Assembly (NCBI GenBank): GCA_002104945.1 | Contig: MCFH01000208.1 | Location: forward strand, 1-16,907 | Length of the DNA: 16,907 bases | Source: Piromyces finnis finn | Lineage: Eukaryota; Fungi; Neocallimastigomycota | Reading direction: 5' to 3' | Shown: positions 11,611 through 16,907 of the stretch, in pieces | Layout of the letters: every line of letters begins with the position of its first letter | How positions within the stretch are numbered: position 1 is the first letter of the stretch | Translations under genes and position numbers: made by a program | The notes under the pieces: model-generated | What the model was told of the DNA's origin: nothing | What the model saw: only the letters and a program-made list of their open reading frames with translations | The model's database searches: none

Positions 11611-13361
11611 CTAATTTTGTTGATTATTATTATTATTAATATTATTATTATATAAACTAATCTTTGTATAATTAATAAAACTTTAAAGTTTTTCCAGTGT
11701 AATTATACAACAAAAAGCGGGTTTTTTTTTTAAAAAAAATACCCAAATTAAACCTATTTTTATTATTAATAATTAAATTATTAATATATTGTTTCATATG
11801 ACTGTTAAATATATAAGTATATTAATATGTTTAGTTAAATTTCTTTTCTCAAATATATTCTTTTATTATTCTAATCATTTTTATTTTTTTTTTTATTTGT
11901 TCTATTTTATTCTATCTTTTTTTATATATATAATTTTTCTTTGAATATAATTTATTGTTATATGAATTATATGAAATGAAACATTACTGTAATTGATTAT
12001 AATAATATCAAAAAGTTAAATGTTTATTACTTTTATGGTTTGCAATTTATTTTTATTTTTTTTTTTTTTTGGTATTATTGGTTTTGTTATTTCCAATTTA
12101 CAATTCTTTTTCTTGCTATGCTTTGTTTATCCTTTTTTCTTTTTAATTATTTTTATTATATTTATGTTATTCTTTTTTTCAATTTTTTGTATTGATTTAT
12201 ATTTTGAGTAATATAATACTTTTTAATATATTATATTACTTGTTTGTTTTTTATACTTTTATATATATATATATATAAAGAATTAATTATTTATTGTTTT
12301 TCTTTTATTTATTCTTTTTTCTTTTTTAAAAAAAAATAATTAAATTTATCACTAAAGAAAGTTTTATATAAATATTCTTTTTAATGTATTATTTATTATT
12401 AATTACTGTTATAATTGCTTTATCCAATAGAATTATTATACAATTATTTCAAATAAACAAAAGAAGAGTAATAAAATAAGAATTAAAAAAAAAAAAAAAG
12501 GAAAGAAAAAGCTTTCTAAAAAAAAATAATAGTTTTATTTTTTCTATTTTTTTTTTTTTTTTTTTTTAATTTTATTTTATTATAAAAGTTGTTTTAATAA
12601 AATAACTTTTGTTTGTTTGTTTGTTTTTTTAAATAAATTCAGCTTAATGCCTCTCTTTATCAGAACTTTTTTCTTGTTAAAAAAAACAATTGCAAAAAAA
12701 AAAAAAAAAAAAAAAAAAATAAAATAAAATAAAAAATTTTTTTTCTTTCTTTGTAAAAATTATAATAATAATAATATATAGTATTTCATATTTTAATATA
12801 TGAAAAAATAAAATATTAAAATATTCAATATATAATTTTTTTTTTTTTTTTTTTAGATATTAAATTGAGTAATAATGATTATTGAAATAATAGTTATCTA
12901 CTTAAAAATAATAATAATAATACTAAACAAACAACTGCTAAATACTTGTGTATTTTTAATAAAAGTACTTGATCTTTATAAAAGTATTTAATTCTAGTAT
13001 AGTTTATATTATTAATCATTAGGAATAAAACATTCATTCCAATATATCAACCTTTAAAAATTAATATATAATAAATTAAACTTTTAAAATTAATAATAAA
13101 AAAAAACGCTTTCAACGATGATTAAAGTTTTAAAAACATTTATAATTAATACCAATTTCTTGCTTTTTTAATTTTTGTTTCTCGCTATAAAATGAGTAGA
13201 AAAAAAAAAAAAAAAAGGTACAATAAAAGAATTCATAAAAAAATACAAAAGAATAATCTTATCTATTTTCCATTCATACAATACAAGATTTATTATTAAA
13301 ACTAAACAGAATTAATTATTATTTAACCAACAATAAAAATTTTTTTAAAGTAAAAAAAAAA

Positions 13362-13482
13362 GGTTCTGGTACTCTTCTTTGTTCCAAAAACATAAACAGG
13401 TTACTACCATAGCAGTAGCATTCATCTGAATTGATGTATTGTACATAAAGTCAACAGAATTTCATAGTACTATTATACACCT
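13362..13482 (+). ncRNA. Candidate box H/ACA snoRNA (about 121 nt)
   Basis: GC-enriched island with hairpin-hinge-hairpin-tail layout: stem TGGTA 13367-71 / TACCA 13405-09; H box ATAGCA (ANANNA) 13409-13414; second hairpin GTAG/CTAT, TCTG/CAGA, TTGA/TCAA, TGTA/TACA; ACA at 13477-79, 3 nt before the end of the island. No target identified. Confidence 0.5.
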
Positions 13483-13780
13483 TTAATTATTATTTAAAAT
13501 ACTGATATATGATTGGTTAGACTTAATCTATTTCTTTTTAATGAAATTAAATAATTTAATTAAATAATATATATTAAATTTTTATTATATACATTAATGT
13601 ATCAATATACATTTTAAATGTACATATTTTATTACATTATGCTACATAATCTTTTTATAGAAATTCTAATCATTTCATATTATCAAGGGATGATATTAGA
13701 AAAAGGCAATAGAATAATAAAAAGTTTCTTCATAATGGTTTCATCTTTTTTTATAATACTATGAAATTTTAAGAATTACA

Positions 13781-13852
13781 ATAAAAGAAATACTTTATAT
13801 TTTACTCTATATCTATGAATCTTTATCTATAAAAGAAATACTTTTTATTTTA
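13781..13852. repeat. 24-bp direct repeat, two copies with 48-bp period
   Basis: ATAAAAGAAATACTTTATATTTTA (13781-13804) and ATAAAAGAAATACTTTTTATTTTA (13829-13852) are 23/24 identical. Confidence 0.75.
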
Positions 13853-14688
13853 TTTAAATTATTGTGAATTATATTATATTATGCCTCATTCTTAGATATG
13901 CGATATATGAGAATTATATCTAGTAGATTAAACATAATAAAGAATATCATTTATGATAGTGGAGTGTTCATGACATTCTTTTATAAAGTATAAATGATTT
14001 AGTTTGTAAACTTATTAACCCTGTATATGAATAAAACAATAAAACTAGTTTTATACTTGAAAGAAGAGCATTCTATAATCCGTTATTTTCATTATACCTC
14101 AATTAATATAAATAATCCAAAGTTTAATTGAAGCTTGTTAAAACTAATGAACATACTAGTATGTGTTTGTTAAAATTATAATGTTACTCGTATCAAAATA
14201 AATATAATTATAATAGTTATATGATTAATACAAATAAAAAAATAGTTTAATATTCAGGTTATATTATTGTTTTAATGTTTAGAGTATCGTTAAATATATA
14301 TTTTTATGAAACTATTATTTTAATGCTATTTTAATATTTATTATATATTTTTATTTTAATTATTAAATAACACTCATACTTGATTTTATATGAAATAATA
14401 TAGTCATTATTTAAAGATATTTATTAATTATAGGTTTATAGTTTTTTTTTCTTTTTTAATATATAATGATAATTATAGTTTTTTAAAAAAAAGATATCTA
14501 TAAAAAAAAAAAAGAAAAAAAAATTACTTAAAAAAAAAGTAATTTTTTTTTATAAATAATAAATATTTATATTTTTCAATTTAAAACTTTTCATTTTAAT
14601 TTTTTTTTTTTTTTTTATATTTATGTATATATATTGTTTTTAACAACTGAAAGTATCAAAACTTTTAATTATTTTATAATATTATTTA

Positions 14689-16739
<2,051 letters not shown>

Positions 16740-16907
16740 CTGAATAAATTAGTTGAAAACTATAGTTTTTTTATTATTTATAATATTATGTATTAATGAT
16801 CAAATTTCTTTTGTTTCTTTTTTTTTATATAACTATTATATGATTTATATTAAATAATAATGAAAGAAAAAAAAAGATTTCAACATTTTTTTTTTAATTT
16901 TTTTTTT

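Noticed and set aside
12020-12211. Supplied + strand 63-aa Phe/Ile-rich ORF
   Set aside because: Translation of T-rich low-complexity spacer DNA, with no coding-like composition or recognisable motif.
13462-13468. TCATAGT in the snoRNA candidate is complementary to ACUAUGA of LSU rRNA helix 69
   Set aside because: The next rRNA base is C rather than U, and the 5' pocket strand does not pair downstream, so H/ACA guide geometry is not met.
13458-13768. 12-bp inverted match AATTTCATAGTA (13458-69) / TACTATGAAATT (13757-68)
   Set aside because: Only 2 GC pairs; matches of this length are expected by chance in kilobases of such AT-rich DNA.
13781-13852. Repeat-spacer-repeat as a CRISPR array
   Set aside because: Only two AT-rich copies, no third at the 48-bp period, no cas genes, and a eukaryotic context.

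Overview
Extremely AT-rich, intron-dense eukaryotic DNA with short GT-AG introns and long A/T homopolymers. Composition and gene content suggest an early-diverging fungus such as an anaerobic gut fungus (Neocallimastigomycota); this is inference. I reconstructed four minus-strand multi-exon genes by hand. (1) A membrane protein with two TM helices around a luminal domain, running off the left edge. (2) An 8-exon ASA1/GNB1L-type WD40 gene (330 aa) whose TAG stop is in frame with, and abuts, gene 1. (3) A 10-exon CCR4-NOT scaffold NOT1 (about 2037 aa) that seems to lack the N-terminal-most domain. (4) The 3' part of a PP2A B56/Rts1 gene with about 12 small indels, mostly in homopolymers, probably assembly errors. 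The 3.2 kb spacer between NOT1 and B56 holds a candidate box H/ACA snoRNA, possibly intronic. No CRISPR array, rRNA, tRNA or intact mobile element is seen.
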